Shown here: positions 63,555 to 64,000 of the stretch, piece by piece
Position numbering within the stretch: position 1 is the first letter of the stretch
Layout: every line of letters starts with the position of its first letter
From: Camelus ferus
Lineage: Eukaryota
Length of the DNA: 64,000 bases
NCBI RefSeq assembly: GCF_009834535.1
Contig: NC_045698.1
Span: forward strand, 4,838,001-4,902,000
Reading direction: 5' to 3'
Notes under the pieces: model-generated
The model's database searches: none
Told to the model about the DNA's origin: nothing
Seen by the model: the letters and a program-made list of their open reading frames with translations, nothing else
Position numbers and translations under genes: made by a program

Positions 63555-64000
63555 AGACGGGGTTAAAACCTTTTTTCCGTTGGTTTCGCGGTTTTGTGGA
63601 AAACTTGATTCCATCAGCGTCCCGAGTGCCTTTGATTTCCTTGTCACATTTCCACACGCCAAAGAAAAACATGCTACATGTGTTCTTGATTGTATTTTGG
63701 AAGCAGCAGTGCACTCACAGCCAGAGCGCCAGGCGGCAGGCTTCCGGGGTTTGCTCAGTCGCTTCTGAAGTGCTTTCCTGGGAAGCAGGCGCTTCTCTCT
63801 GCTCGTCCGAACGCCCTGGTTTCCAGATCCCTCTCCTGCACCGTTTCCAGCAGATCCTCTCCTCCCGCTAACTCAGATGCTCCTTCCACCATCCAGCCAC
63901 ATGCACCCTCCCCGCCCTGCTCTGCGCTTCAGGCTGGGCTCCTCTTTCACCCAGAGCTTCGCTTGCATCTCCTTTCTCATCCAGATTCATCCCCAAACCC
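63555..64000. promoter_or_regulatory. CpG-enriched, pyrimidine-rich non-repetitive segment (possible CpG-island shore)
   Basis: CpG density rises toward the window end. ETS-like cttccgg at ~63741 and GC-box-like ccccgccc at ~63910. Confidence 0.3.

Noticed and set aside
1..64000. tRNA, rRNA, U6, 7SL or Y RNA genes; prokaryote-type operons or defence systems
   Set aside because: No matching motifs noticed by eye; the sequence is repeat-rich mammalian non-coding DNA.

Overview
This is mammalian (eutherian) non-coding genomic DNA, either intergenic or deep intronic. It is most likely from a camelid. The L1 3' ends are of cetartiodactyl type, one young L1 resembles the alpaca/camel L1 as I recall it, and I saw no Alu, B1, Bov-tA/Bov-A2, BovB, PRE-1 or CAN SINEs. 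I could not identify an intact protein-coding gene. Almost all listed ORFs are either spurious or L1 ORF2 remnants. The window is a mosaic of L1, L2, MIR, MaLR/ERV LTRs, hAT DNA transposons (MER20, MER58A) and microsatellites, plus three CpG-rich patches. The most informative object is a 5'-truncated RPL23A retrocopy (48309-48724, minus strand). It appears semi-processed: the downstream introns are spliced out, but the 3' end of the intron before the 'LDHY' exon is retained, including what looks like the 3' end (box D) of the intronic snoRNA SNORD4A. Other structural oddities are an old inverted copy of an L2/MER20 junction sitting inside an L1, an ERV LTR whose middle is replaced by foreign sequence, twin-primed L1 inversions, and a 115-bp near-perfect tandem duplication. 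I see no evidence of a novel multi-gene system. Repeat family names come from recalled consensus sequences rather than a database search, and old-repeat boundaries are approximate.
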